Positions 11,836 to 24,672 of a DNA stretch of 64,000 nucleotides are shown here, one piece after another (positions within the stretch are counted from its first letter, which is position 1; the number at the start of each line of letters is the position of its first letter). The stretch spans positions 12,834,001 to 12,898,000 of the forward strand of contig CP075493.1 in assembly GCA_021613535.1 (NCBI GenBank), in the 5' to 3' direction. The notes under the pieces were generated by a model, which was not told where the DNA came from, searched no databases, and worked only from the letters and a program-made list of their open reading frames with translations. Origin of the DNA: Adineta vaga. Lineage: Eukaryota > Animalia > Rotifera. The position numbers and the translations under genes are program-made.

Positions 11836-13304
11836 TTATTGGGCGAGTGAAACAAATTTGAAATGAATGGTGCATACCCAGAATCTGCATGGTGATCCAT
11901 CTGAGATCGCAACTACGATGTGAAATACTAATATCACCCGGATCCACACCCACACCCTCGATTCCTTGTATACCATCCCTACAAAATCAGATATATTTTT
12001 AAAGTACATGTATGCATACAAATTATTTCTTCAACGTTATCTTTTGAATCTATTTTTTCTCTTATCTGATTGTTTAAATTTTGAGAATTTAAGTAGAAAT
12101 CAAATTCAGATGCTTGACTCTTCTTCATCTTGCAATACGGATAAACTTACCAGTTGACAAGCACGGACATACCCATTGCAAGATAAAAAGCTTGATCAAA
12201 TGGCCTAAAAATATAATTAAAAAATATTTTCATCTTTACAAGTTGATATCCTACCATTTTGTGGAATCGCCCTCTTTTTTATAAGTAAAGATAGATGTAG
12301 CTAGAGAATTATCAGCATCTCCAACATATATTTGAATTGTATCTTCGGTCCAATCCAGTGTGTAAATTTTAAACTTCGAAACAATGTCATCCACAATTAC
12401 AGAATTCGTTTTAGGAGCACTTATCGAATAATTATATGCTGCTGTCTCTATTGAAGAAACAATACGTGTTTCTTTGACACGAGCACCACGGTCTAGACTG
12501 ATAATGCCATTAGCCATAAAACCTTTAGTGTATGTTACTTTTTTTGGCATCTACAAAGCATTCGATAGAAATCGAACCATGAGTTTATCAAAATATTATT
12601 ATCATCTGAATTCCAGCACACAATCCACGACCTTTGGGTAGTTGGGCACGAATTTGCAAACGGCCATAGGTCCAACTAGCTTTGCTAGTAAGACGAGCTG
12701 AAGTATATGCATGTTCTTTAAAATCCTCCTACATACATGAAGACATATATACGTAAGATGCCTTTTTCTCTTACTTACTTGATGCGCTTCTATAATGAGA
12801 CGACCATTCTTACTACATGGGAATAATTGACAACGTGCGTCTTTTAGTCGATCGCGTGTGTGATACACCCTCTCTTCGTAGGGTACTTCTATAACATAGA
12901 CAAACATACATATAAGTGCTCATATAAAGGAAAAGTTGGACTATTTACGGTCGCAATCTGCACCGTATTCGAATTTCCATTTTTCAGAATCAACTGAACC
13001 ATCCCGATCAAAGTTATCTTCCCATACAAGCTTCCATCCTTTATTGGTATCTCCTAAAATAAAATAAACATGAATATATACATGATACTATGATTTGCTT
13101 GGGAAAAAAGATTACCTGCTCGACTGTGTGACCTACGTTGACTATGCGATCTTCGTCGACTGTACGATTTATGTCGGCTATGTGAGTTGGATCGACCACG
13201 AGAGATCTCTCGACTATGAGATCTACGTCGGCTTTGCGATCTTCCAGCTGATACTTTAGTAGTCGATTGACCATTATAATTTCTTTTGAATTAGACGCGC
13301 TCAT
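11836..13304 (-). pseudogene. Tandem paralog of RS-GH16, catalytically dead and disrupted
   Basis: The RS exon splices via intron 13054-13115 to GDTNKGWKLVWEDNFD. GEIDIMEQ is replaced by GIISLDRG. There is a 1-nt frameshift at 13284-13287 and a splice donor changed from GT to AT at 12602-12601. The 3' end is approximate. Confidence 0.75.
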
Positions 13305-13347
13305 TTGGTTGATAGTTTTCTACTGAAAATGTCTATAATATACGGAC

Positions 13348-13440
13348 AAAAGTACATTTTATATCTTTAACAACCGGGAGAAAAGTCAATGCACAAACGA
13401 ATACAGACGTCATGAACAAGTTTCCCGTCATGAATCATAA
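13348..13440 (-). promoter_or_regulatory. Paralogous promoter block of RS-GH16 copy 2
   Basis: aaaagtac..tttata..gggagaaaa..gacgtcatgaa..tttcccgt.atgaatcataa aligns with 11680-11775. Confidence 0.55.
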
Positions 13441-14232
13441 CTGCAATGCAAATAAAACTGTAAGTAATGACATTATGTAAAACTATTCTCACATTTCTCC
13501 CAAATATCAACTACAGAGTAAAAAAGTGAATGTGAGATTGTATCATATTTCAAGTTTGTAAAGGATGTGAGTGTTTTTAGATTCTTAAGTTTATCTGTAC
13601 AAATAAAGACATTACTTTCGTCCTTTTCGTTGTCGTTGGTTTTGTTTATGCTATATGCACAACGAACTTTACATAATAAACTTGTCAAAGTTTCGATCTA
13701 CTTTGTAATGGTATTCGGAGAGAAAAACGATTCAATGAATCAAAATAACCATCTACATTTGATGTGCTCTTTTGAACTTGTTAACAATGTTCAATGTGTC
13801 GTTTGTCTATCTCTTCATTGAAATTAAATGATTCTCTATGTTTTTAATTCCACATTACAAAAGTTATTCAAACTCTCGATCATATTTCAGTTGGTAAGAC
13901 GAAGAGAAGAGTTTTATACAAGAAATCAATCGTAATTCAACTTGAACTTGAATCAGCATGCTTTTCCTAGATATCGTAATATTCTTTCTTTGATTTAATC
14001 TACGAATGTGAACGATGGTTATTTGGAATCTATACAATAAGAGTTTTGATTATTTCAATACAGAAAATGAGTATTGGATATTATGAGAATAATGAAGATA
14101 GTTTTATTTTAAGGCAAAAAAATTATTTCCAAGGATAAAAGAAATGAATAGTAATAAGAAACTAACTAAGGAAAATGTCGAATAATTTTAAATAGAAAAT
14201 CATTTTGATTGTTTGTTTATTTCTTGAATATT

Positions 14233-16397
14233 TCAATTGTGTATTAATTTTCCGTAGATTAAATAGAGAAAAGCACTTTGTGCAAGCAATACACATTGCC
14301 AAAAATGGTAGGAAAAGCTGATTGTCGCAATTGAACCCGATGTTGTTGTAGCTGGGAAATAAAGTAAAATAGACTTATTTATTTAAAATATTGATTGATC
14401 AAAATAAATGCTTTATGAGTCGAAAGGAAGACAATCAATCCTTACCAACTGTAGTAGTGGTAGTAGACACATTTGATGCAACAGTTGTTGTTGTTGTTGT
14501 ATTCGTTGCATTTGATGGGAACATTGGCATGAGAACGTTGAATGTCCAATATGATGAGCTAGTCACAGGTGCCGATTCTGGACCTAAAATAAGTTATTAG
14601 GTAATTTATATCGATTGTTCTATCGCTAATTTAAATATAAAGTGACTTACCACAAGCATCGAGACCACTAGCAACACCTAATATATGATAGAGTGGATGA
14701 GATTTATTCAGAAATGGAATATAAATAAAAAGAAGTTCGAACATACCACTATCAAATGTGATATAATATGAATGACCAGTAATCCATGGTATCACTGAAA
14801 AGCGGATGGTAATTGTATAACCTGCATATGTTACTTCTGGTGCTGATCCACAATCAAATCTTTGAACAAGTGAACCACCAGTTGTAGCATCGTAGAAGTA
14901 AATATAAGTACCATTACGCGATGGTCGACCAACTGGTTTATCAGCTAAACAAAATTATACTATTGATAACAGCTGAATAAATACAGTACAGAAATAAGTA
15001 TTACCTTGAATTAAAAAGACAGACTGATTCGCATAGACATTGCCGACAGGTGCAGCTGAACTTTGAATGAATTGAGGGGCAGTAAAACCAACTAAATATG
15101 CGATACACCATTGATTAGATTGAATACTTGAATTATCAACTGCAGCTGCACATAAACCTTGAGTACCATATTGACTTGCTGAAGGAACCCAACTAAGAGT
15201 AATCTGATAAATACCTACAAAAAAATCAGATAAATTAGTAAAATAATCAGTTTATCATGTACTAACCAGGATTCGGATTTGATATAGCACTCTTTGTCAT
15301 ACCAACTGGAGATGTTGTAATAAATTCAACGATACTTGTTGCAGAACAGAAAGTTTGAACAACGACTATTTCAGTGACTGTGGCACCAATAGGTGTACCG
15401 ACACAAGCTAACGAAATGTACAACGACGAATATTAGAAGAATTGTGTAGAAAGATGTTTCTTTTCTATTACCTCGATTTGGTCGAACGCCAATGATAGCT
15501 GGTGGAGTTGTACAACCACTAGGAATAGGATAGCCATAGAAGAGGAACTGAAGTGGAACAGAACTCATTGGCGTTGTTGCTGCATTGTTGTAATAATCTT
15601 CAATTTGTATTGCTACTGCTACAAACATGTTAGCTATCGTAAGTGTAAATTGTAATGTGCAATTGTTTGAGATGAGAAGAGCACCAGGAACACCATTACA
15701 AACACCACCACATTCATTGTAAGAATTAATATTACCTGATGCAGTAGACCAACGACATTTTAATATATCCGTTCTATCAAAATCCACCATTTGAACAACA
15801 TGAACATGTTGAGTATTGATTTGTTTATAAATTATAGGAAGAGTAACAGCAATTGGACTTGAATTGATATAACCATCTGGTCTAATCATAGTATTAATTC
15901 GACTGGTGACATACCAATTGGTGCTACTTCCAACAACAAGACTTACAAACCAAGCTGATGATGTGTAATCAATACTGAGTTCACTATTGAGTGGAAGGTT
16001 CTGTATTGTAGCTTTCTCACCCGAACTAACATCAAGATTTGCACTATAATCTGTACAAATTGACAATGTACTTATACCAATCCAAGAACTACAGTTGCCG
16101 CTGACACACACCATTTGAGTATTATCACCAATAGTACCTTGTGACGCTATTGTTGTACCGTCACAGAAACAACCGGCAAAACTTCGACGCCATGACCAAC
16201 GATGACGTACTTGAATACTGACCGAACTACCAGATGGAGTATTGTTCAGAGGATGCCTGTAACATATTTTAAATTAAACAAATGAAAGAAAATTTGTTAT
16301 TTCTAACTAACCACACGATTGAACCACCACGAAAATGAGATCCATTAACGATGAAAATTAGCAGAAATAAACAGATGACAAAACCGACAAACTTCAT
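14233..16397 (-). CDS. Surface protein with HFRGG N-terminal domain, Ig-like domain, Thr-rich stalk and hydrophobic C-terminus (Sib/integrin-beta-like type)
   Basis: Signal peptide MKFVGFVICLFLLIFIVNG then SHFRGGSIVW. Also NSSP..LP, DFDRTDILKCRWS, VAIQIEDY..PMSSVPLQF. Multiple GT-AG introns. The last exon is hydrophobic (TM or GPI signal), with TGA at 14233. The family name is tentative. Confidence 0.75.
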
Positions 16398-17283
16398 CTA
16401 TCACAATTTCGAAAGAAACGAATGTGATAAACAATACAATACTAACGAACAAATAGAAATGTTATGTGTTTTTATAGATCAATTTTTCAATTAATAGAGA
16501 CGGAGTTGAACAGTATTCAAAGTAAATATTGATTCTTCTAAGTGGCAAAACGTAGTATTTGTATAGAAAAAAAAGTAGACATGACTTCGCCCACACCACT
16601 TTCTCTTTGTTTTCGTTACTTCTGTCCATTAAATTTTGAATTCAAAGTGCATACAGTGTTTTCTATTGACGTTAGTTATTTAAAAAACCAAACATTATAA
16701 AATACACGTAGATGTTCTCTGACATATTCGAATGCATTTCAAAACCCTACGAAAGTGATATATGTTCTGGCAACGATTTATCCGTCATCAATTTTCATGT
16801 TGTTCATGTTATTACATGCACATTTTGTGTAATGAACTGCTTAAGTTATTTCTTTTTCATACTTGTCTTGGCACGTGAACGATTCTATACTATTCAACAT
16901 AACAAACAATCAGTTACTATATTGTTTTTCTTTCTTTTGTATTTTACTGTAGAGATCAAATCAAATTTCGAACTTTTTCTTGTCCTTTTCTATTCATAGT
17001 GTGGGTTTATGAAGATACTGCATCTTGAGGGTGTGAGTATAAGGATGCACATATTGTGAAAAAGAGAGCCGTCATAACTCGCATATCATGTTAAATCTAC
17101 AGTATTTCATATAATAAAATTGCTCCGATCTTATCAACATTTAATAAGAGATTCGAAATAAGTTTCGACAGATTGTTGTGCAACACTATTGTTTGCGGTT
17201 AGTTGATTTAGTAAAATGATATCGTAAGCATGACTTCATTCTGTGATTATGAATAGGTCTACAGTTTTGAAATTGTTCTTAAG

Positions 17284-17467
17284 ATGAAAGTTTATCGGAA
17301 AAAAAGAGACGAGTGTCAATTTGATCAATGACTGTGGTCCCGAGGGACCGAAAGTGATGCTTCAGTCTCAAAACTTTAGAGTTGTGTTAGCCACTGATCA
17401 CGGCTCGTCTCTTCTGTTTCTTTTTGAAGACATATATAAGTTGTGTGAGATTGCAGGTTGTGCAATT
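17284..17467. repeat. 184-bp element with nested inverted repeats, copy 1
   Basis: Matches 22076-22260 except for one A in a homopolymer. Inverted repeats aagagacgag (17304) and ctcgtctctt (17404); hairpin ggtcccgagggacc at 17336-17349. Confidence 0.9.
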
Positions 17468-18738
17468 CTTTGCCTTTCATCTATACATGTTAACGAAATT
17501 GACTATTGACATTATGAAATACCATCGACACAGGCACGTGACTCGTTCGATTCCATCACCTGCCACAAAGATATTATGGTATTATTGTCTTCTTTGAGTT
17601 GATTCTATTAATACTCTAATGAATGGAATTATTTGATTATACTATGCTGAAATTGTTCACCAAATCAAATTTTCAGTTGATCTAAAAATACCCCATGATA
17701 ACACTTATTTCTAACATTAATAAACTAATTGAAAACCATTGAATAGGATAAACAAGTCGGTGTTCAATAATTATTATATGGAGCAGAAGTAGAAGAATTC
17801 TGCTTGGTACGACACGTATTGTCGGCAGATTGATTTTTATTAGAATATACGTTGAATCACAGCTGAATAGTTTATTCATAGAAATAATGTAATTAAATAA
17901 TGTACTAGGAGTATTATGATGTTTAGGTTACTCTTCATTTCTTTCAATTACGCTAAAAGTTCTTTAATAAAACCTAATTGATGCTGAAAATGGTTATATC
18001 TGTACAAATCTGAGTATAATTCGACTTAGTTGTAAAGTTCAGCAAATCTATGAAACTTTACATTTATTGACAACTCTCTTTAATTTTTATAGCATCATAT
18101 GTCGAATGAATAATATGATAAAAGTATTATATAATGAAAAGCGTGAATCCATCTGAGAAAAATACGGAAGTTAACTTTCTAAAAACTACGCATTAATCGT
18201 CGCATAATTTGTTCTTCAAGATCACTTTAAAACTTTCACTAAATATATGAAAGAATACACATCAGTAGTTAGTCGTTAAAACAATGAATTTGATCAACAT
18301 AGAATAGAATAAATATGTTGGTGTTCGATCTAAAACTTGAGCAAGTGTGAGTGTATAAATATGCATGATGTGAAAACGTCGATGTTCACATCACCAGTGT
18401 TTTTGGTAAATACGATGTTATAATTAAACATTTCGAAAAATACCTATAACTCGAGGCAAAAAGGTGGACGTGCCATTATCATTCTGTGGATATTCGTATA
18501 TCGTCAAGGTCTATGTATGACCGAAATATTGGCTGTGAGCTTCTCGAACACTTGTGAAGTTTCCCTCGTAAGATCTGTTACTGCAATTATCTTGAATAGT
18601 TAGAAGAATTTGATTTCTCCAATAATACAATGTTAATATGAAGAAAAAAAGAGATAAGAAATTGAAGAATAAAGAAGAGAAAATGACAGTAAAATAAATC
18701 TTTAGATAAAGGACATGATGGAACATTTTTATAACGTT

Positions 18739-21173
18739 TTAACAATTGAAGTAAGCAATGATGTTGTTGGAAAGAAATGTTGTTACAAGTATATCCAGCT
18801 TTTTATCTTTATTCACATCAAGTACTGCTATCGATCTTATTGGAAGTGTAGAACTTAGGAAACCATTTCGAAAAATGAACTTTCCATCACCTGTATTGAA
18901 TAGAATACCCAAGGTGGAAGTACTATAGCATCCAACCACAATATCCAGCTTGCCATCATTATTCAAATCCCCGGTTACTATACTATATGGATTTGTACCA
19001 ACCGAGTAAGTAGTTCTATTCAGAAACATGCCAGTTCCTGTATTGAGAAGAATATCGACATCGTTCGAGCCTTGATTGGCAACAATAATATCAGGTTTAT
19101 CATCATAATTAAGATCAGCTATTATGATACTTCGTGGAGTAATGCCAACTGCGTAAGTCACTTGTTCAAGAAATGTACCATTGCCTGCGTTAAGAAGAAC
19201 ACCAATGTTGCTTGAATTTTGGTTGACAACAATAATATCCATATAACTATCGCCATTTACATCAGCTGAAGTTACTGATTGAACAAATAATCCAGCTCGA
19301 TACATAACCTCAGAAAAAAATGTACCATTTCCTGTGTTGAGAAAAATGCCAACACCATCTGGATAAGTCTCTGCAACGGCAATATCAGGTTTATTATCAT
19401 TATTAAAATCGGATAATGCTAATGCGTTTGCAATAGTGCCATTAATTGTGTAAGTTACTTGGGGAAGAAATGTTCCATCGCCTCTATTGATAAGAAGACT
19501 GATAGTATTTGAAAACGAATTTGTGACTACAATGTCCAAGTTATTATCACTGTTCATATCAGCAACTTGTACGAAATTTGGTGTGGCGCCAGCTGTATAA
19601 GAAGTTTGATTAAAAAATGTGCCATTGCCTGTGTTGAGGAAAACACCAACGGTGCTTCTAAGATAGTTTGCACTAACAATATCAGGGTTGTTATCATTGT
19701 TTAAATCAGCAGTTACTATGTGATATGGAGTAGTACCAGCTCCATAACTAGTCGAATTGCGAAACATAACACAACCTGAAATAAACATAGAAAGAAGTTT
19801 TAATAGTATTACAACGATCGCTACAAGAACATTTTGCATTGAATATACTTCAATAACCGAGATGAAATTTGTATTTATATCAAATTATATAATGGATGAT
19901 AATACGATCTCAATGCAAATAAAAATGGAGCAATTGTCAATACTATCAAAAATAAATTTAAGTTCTATATGACACGATCTTTGAAAAATTTCACATTAAT
20001 TTTTGCTAATATGTATGATACAGGCATGATTTATGTTCACTATCAAGCTAATCTGAATACAATAGCAATATTGTTGTTTTAAATTTATCATGACTAATAC
20101 ATTAATCATTGTAAATCTGCCGAAAATGTTTCTACACATCAAAGAGGATTTTGTAAAGATATGTGAACTTTTCAATAAAATCACTCAAATTAATTATGAA
20201 TTAGGGATTTAGAGAAAGTTTTTCAGATGAACTCTAGATTATAGCTTATTATTAACCAGGTAGTGTTGTTGTTTCAGTCGTTGTTTCCGTCATCGTTGTT
20301 TCAGTCGTTGTTTCCGTCGTTGTTTCAGTCCTTGTTTCAGTCGTCGTTGTTGTTGTAATAGTAGTGACAATTGCTTCATTGAAGGACAGAAAGCCAACTC
20401 CAACAGCTAATGTCATGTCATTAGTGAATACTACGTGAAATGCAACTTCTGATGGCCCTGACTCAATTGATCTTTGAACACCAGTAATATAGCGCTTATT
20501 ACATATTATTACACCACCGCACGTCGATGGATATTTTACTTCGAGTTCTATTATCAACAGATGTCTTGTGTTGTTACTTGTACTGGTATCACTTGATGCT
20601 CTAAATAAACTATCAATACGATAGGTCACATATTAGATATAGTACTTACGTCTGTCGCTTTCTTCGTTTCAATATTAGACTCTGCACGAATCTAGCAGAA
20701 AACACTCGAATCATGTTACGAGATACGCTATATGTTTTGGCAATCTTCAAAGAAATAGATGAGACAAATGTTTCCCTTCGGTTATATTCGCTCCTACTTG
20801 ATCGGCAAGTCCAGACAGATCTGAAACAATCAAAGAGCCATTGTTTTGAACATCTGTTTCATAATTGAGATTCAGAATAGTTGAAACTATAACAGAATAG
20901 AAAGAGGAATGCAATGCAGTATTATGTGATTTCATCATGTATACCAGAGTCATCGGTAAAACCAATGAGACCAGTTGTCTTATCATTTTCTCTTGGTATG
21001 AATGTGCAAACAAAGCCAGGAAAAACGGATAAGAGCCATAATAAAAATATGTACAAGATGATGCGTCTAATGATTCGCTTTGTTCTATGAGTAGAAAAGC
21101 ACGAGAAAGTAGAGAGATCAAGAGATTTGGGATGAGAGAAAGTAAATCAACGTTACCGTGTTTCTTGTTCCAT
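18739..21173 (-). CDS. Type II membrane protein with Thr-rich stalk and 7 FG-GAP/VCBS repeats
   Basis: Spliced model: MEQETRTKRIIRRIILYIFLLWLLSVFPGFVCTFIP (TM), then KRRKR, a Thr-rich stalk, a phase-1 intron (19776-20256) and seven DxNxDxxxD repeats. Splice phases are consistent throughout. Confidence 0.8.
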
Positions 21174-22075
21174 CTCAAGTAGAATATGAATGTTTGATTT
21201 AAAAACAAGGAAATCTAAGATCAAGAATGAAAATAAGAATAAGAATGATCTGGTCACTGTCAGAATAGTGACGAATTGAAATAGAATGAATTTAATTGTA
21301 GAATAACTTTTGACATTGATAGAAATCAGCTATTGATTATTGTCAAAGACCTTTGCTATTTACAAGTGAAGATATTACAAAAACATACATTTTCCCGACA
21401 GGTGAAAGTGGAAGTATGAAAGTATGTTTGGTGAAATTCGCGCTACACCAATCAATTCCGAGCGCCATGAAAGCGAAATTCGCATTCTCCAAAAGGTAAA
21501 ATGTATGTATACATACCTTATTTTGTTCTCGTTATATAGGCATGTTTGTCTGATTCTCACGTGTAGTTCCATAGGTGACAGGTAATGGTAACTGCTCGAA
21601 TATACCCTACCAGCTACAGTGTTGATTCACACGCTATGAAACAGAATTGTGTTTATTTTCTTCTTTCCAAGTAACAATTAAAATAGATAACAATGTATTT
21701 TCAATATCTTTGCATCATTTCAAATGATATGTATAACAGACCTTGCTTAATAATTAGTTGCCTTATTAAGCAGATTTCCTGATAGGAAGAATAATAATAA
21801 CTATTGAATTACTTCATATCTATAACGTTTCTCGATATAAAGAAAACTTGAATGTGTGATTGAGAAAGAAACTTGCTAATGACTTTCATCTTTACAATTA
21901 CTTGTGGTAACATAAAATCATAGAATTTCATACAATGGAACTATCTGCATCATCTTAACGTTCTGTACGATATTCAGAATAACGTCGCACATATCTCTGG
22001 ACAATAACAGTAACTGCGATTTATTCAGTTAGTAAAATGATATTTGAAATATTTCTCAAAATGTATTGTATCAAT

Positions 22076-22260
22076 ATGAAAGTTTATCGGAAAAAAAAGA
22101 GACGAGTGTCAATTTGATCAATGACTGTGGTCCCGAGGGACCGAAAGTGATGCTTCAGTCTCAAAACTTTAGAGTTGTGTTAGCCACTGATCACGGCTCG
22201 TCTCTTCTGTTTCTTTTTGAAGACATATATAAGTTGTGTGAGATTGCAGGTTGTGCAATT
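22076..22260. repeat. 185-bp element with nested inverted repeats, copy 2
   Basis: Direct repeat of 17284-17467. Confidence 0.9.
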
Positions 22261-22786
22261 ATTTACCTTTTCTTTCTGACGCTGTGTTGCGCAATTCATT
22301 ATTAATGTTTTGACATACTATCGATGCAAAGAAAATATTCGAACCATTGACTATTTTCGTATTATTCTATCTCTATACCCCCCTCCATACACTGATTATT
22401 ATAAAAATACTTTGATTTGAACGTTGTTTCGACACAGTGAACAATAATAAATAAATATAAATACGATGAATAAGTATTATTTTATTTTTCTATTTCATAC
22501 GCGTGTAATAAATATGAAAAATATTGAAGAATTTTCAAAAAACAATCGAGTAGATTCAGAATTTGTAAAAGTTGTAACGAAACATAATTATTGCTAGAAA
22601 TAATTACAGTTATTAAAATCCCTATATATATATATATTTCGATTTTGTTGTACAGTTTAGAGATGCTATGAGAACAATATAATTCGAAGTAGATGCAAAA
22701 GTCTCCTTGAACGCAATCTTTATAAATAATTCTCAACTAAGAATATATTAGGACAAAAATCATCTTCAGTACTAATTATCATTCAT

Positions 22787-24672
22787 CCCATGTGAAATTT
22801 TTTTGGTTATAAACGCGTTTGAAAACGCATCCGAAACGCGTCTTATAAACGCATCTGGACGCATCCTACATGAAACATCTGATGCGTCTAGATGCGTTTC
22901 GAGGATGCGTTCAGATGCGTTTCACAGATGCGTTTAGACGCGCTCGAAAACAAAACGCGTTCAAACGCATCCGAATAATCGGTGAAACACCTGACGCGTC
23001 AGACGCGTTTCGAAAAAATTGCAAAAAAAAAGATTTTTTTGTACTCTTAGATTTGAACTATGTTACCACCAGAACCTCATGATGGTCATCTCTATCCTAG
23101 TGGCATAGTACAGAATATATTTTATGACTTACATAATTAATTTTGATTTGTGCGATGAACGAGACTAGAACATATGAACATGTGAATAGAAAACAAGTCA
23201 CTTACGATTGAGCCATATATGCTCGACGAACTATCATTTATATATAGATATCATTTTAAAATTCAATTCTACTTAGATAATAATTGTCTTTATAGCAAAG
23301 AATTATATTTTCGATTAGATTACATATTTTCTGATATTCAAAATTAATTAATATTCAGTTCAATAACAGAAACCATCTTTTATCAAAACTCGTATATATT
23401 TTCATATTTAGTTTATTTTGATCTATATTGGAAAATAAAATAAGCTAATTGAAGTATAAAATAGAATTATTTAAGAAAAATATGCATCTCATTCGAATTT
23501 TAATAATACAAAAAAACATAAAAATTCGAGAATTAGTTTTTTGAACTATCATGAAAAAATGTTATTTCGACGAAGAAACAAATTTATCTTTCTATTTTTT
23601 ATATTTAATTAAAATGTAAACAAAAATCTTATAGTTTTAACAATATTTCGTAAAAAGATCCATTAAAATATGAAATACAAATTAAATTCAATAAAATAAA
23701 TAATTAAAATTGAATAATTATTATCTAATATTTTCTTTTCTACAAGATCAAAAACGAAATATTTTTATTTATATATAATAAGAATAGTAAACTCTTTATT
23801 CTCTAAATATTAAATGAAAAACAAAAAAAAATGAGAATTATGTGAATATTATTTATAAATACATCTTCTATTTTCTTGAGTTCTATTATTTTGTTTTGAT
23901 AAACTTCTTTACACATTTGGTTGGTTTTCTTTCCAATCAATAATGTTAAAGGATTATTTATATTTAAATTTTGTTTATGAAAATTATTCCTTTTACCTCT
24001 ATTCTATATCTGCAATTCATGTTTTTGATTAAATACTTCTTTTCCCATTTGCGTAATTTAAACTGAAATCTTCGACTAAAAAAAGAATTTCAATGGAAAT
24101 AAAACTAAAATAGTCTATATGATAAAGATATTAACTTCTGTTCTAAGATGACACAATTATATAGAAATATTTCATGAGTCGTATCTTATCAACAACAACT
24201 CTTAAATTTATTGAATCAAACACAAAAAAATATTTTCTAAAAACATAGTTTTATCTTTATATCAAAAAGCTGTTTCGAGACCTCTTTATCGAAATCCATT
24301 CGCATCTGGAACGCGTCTGAACGCGTTTATCATCCAGGTTATCTCTAAAACGCATTCGAATATCAACATCAGTGAAACGCGTTCCTATTTCCAACGCGCT
24401 TAATCGCGTTTCTTAGATCAAACGCGTTAGAACGCACGTATCAGACGCGTCTAAACGCTCTCGTCTCAGGAAATGGGCAAAAACGCGATATAGAAACGAA
24501 ACGCATTTATGTTTTAAGTGCGTCTGGACGCGTTTCTTACTAGGAACGCGTTCGAACGCGCCCATAGGATGCGTTTAGACGCGGTACAAGTATCATTTGA
24601 AACATTAAACGCGTTCAAACGCAGACTAAACGCGTTTAAACGCGTTTTTTCTGCGTTTCAGTGTTACATGGG
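22787..24672. mobile_element. Non-autonomous DNA transposon, probably CMC/EnSpm-like
   Basis: Termini CCCATGT...ACATGGG flanked by AT on both sides (2-bp TSD). Dense subterminal AACGCGT/ACGCAT arrays at 22810-23010 and 24295-24660, with an AT-rich non-coding interior. Confidence 0.75.

Noticed and set aside
17325-17370. Hammerhead ribozyme
   Set aside because: A stem followed by GAAA is present, but the CUGANGA catalytic core is missing, so it is not called as a ribozyme.
19776-19839. Apparent signal peptide MQNVLVAIVVILLK of the FG-GAP ORF
   Set aside because: More likely intron sequence ending at a strong acceptor; upstream exons splice in phase.
21744-21773. 10-bp hairpin tgcttaataa/ttattaagca
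   Set aside because: Isolated and AT-rich, with no Helitron CTRR end or other context.
22870-23082. 70-aa ORF rich in DAF/RA motifs
   Set aside because: Translation of transposon subterminal repeats.
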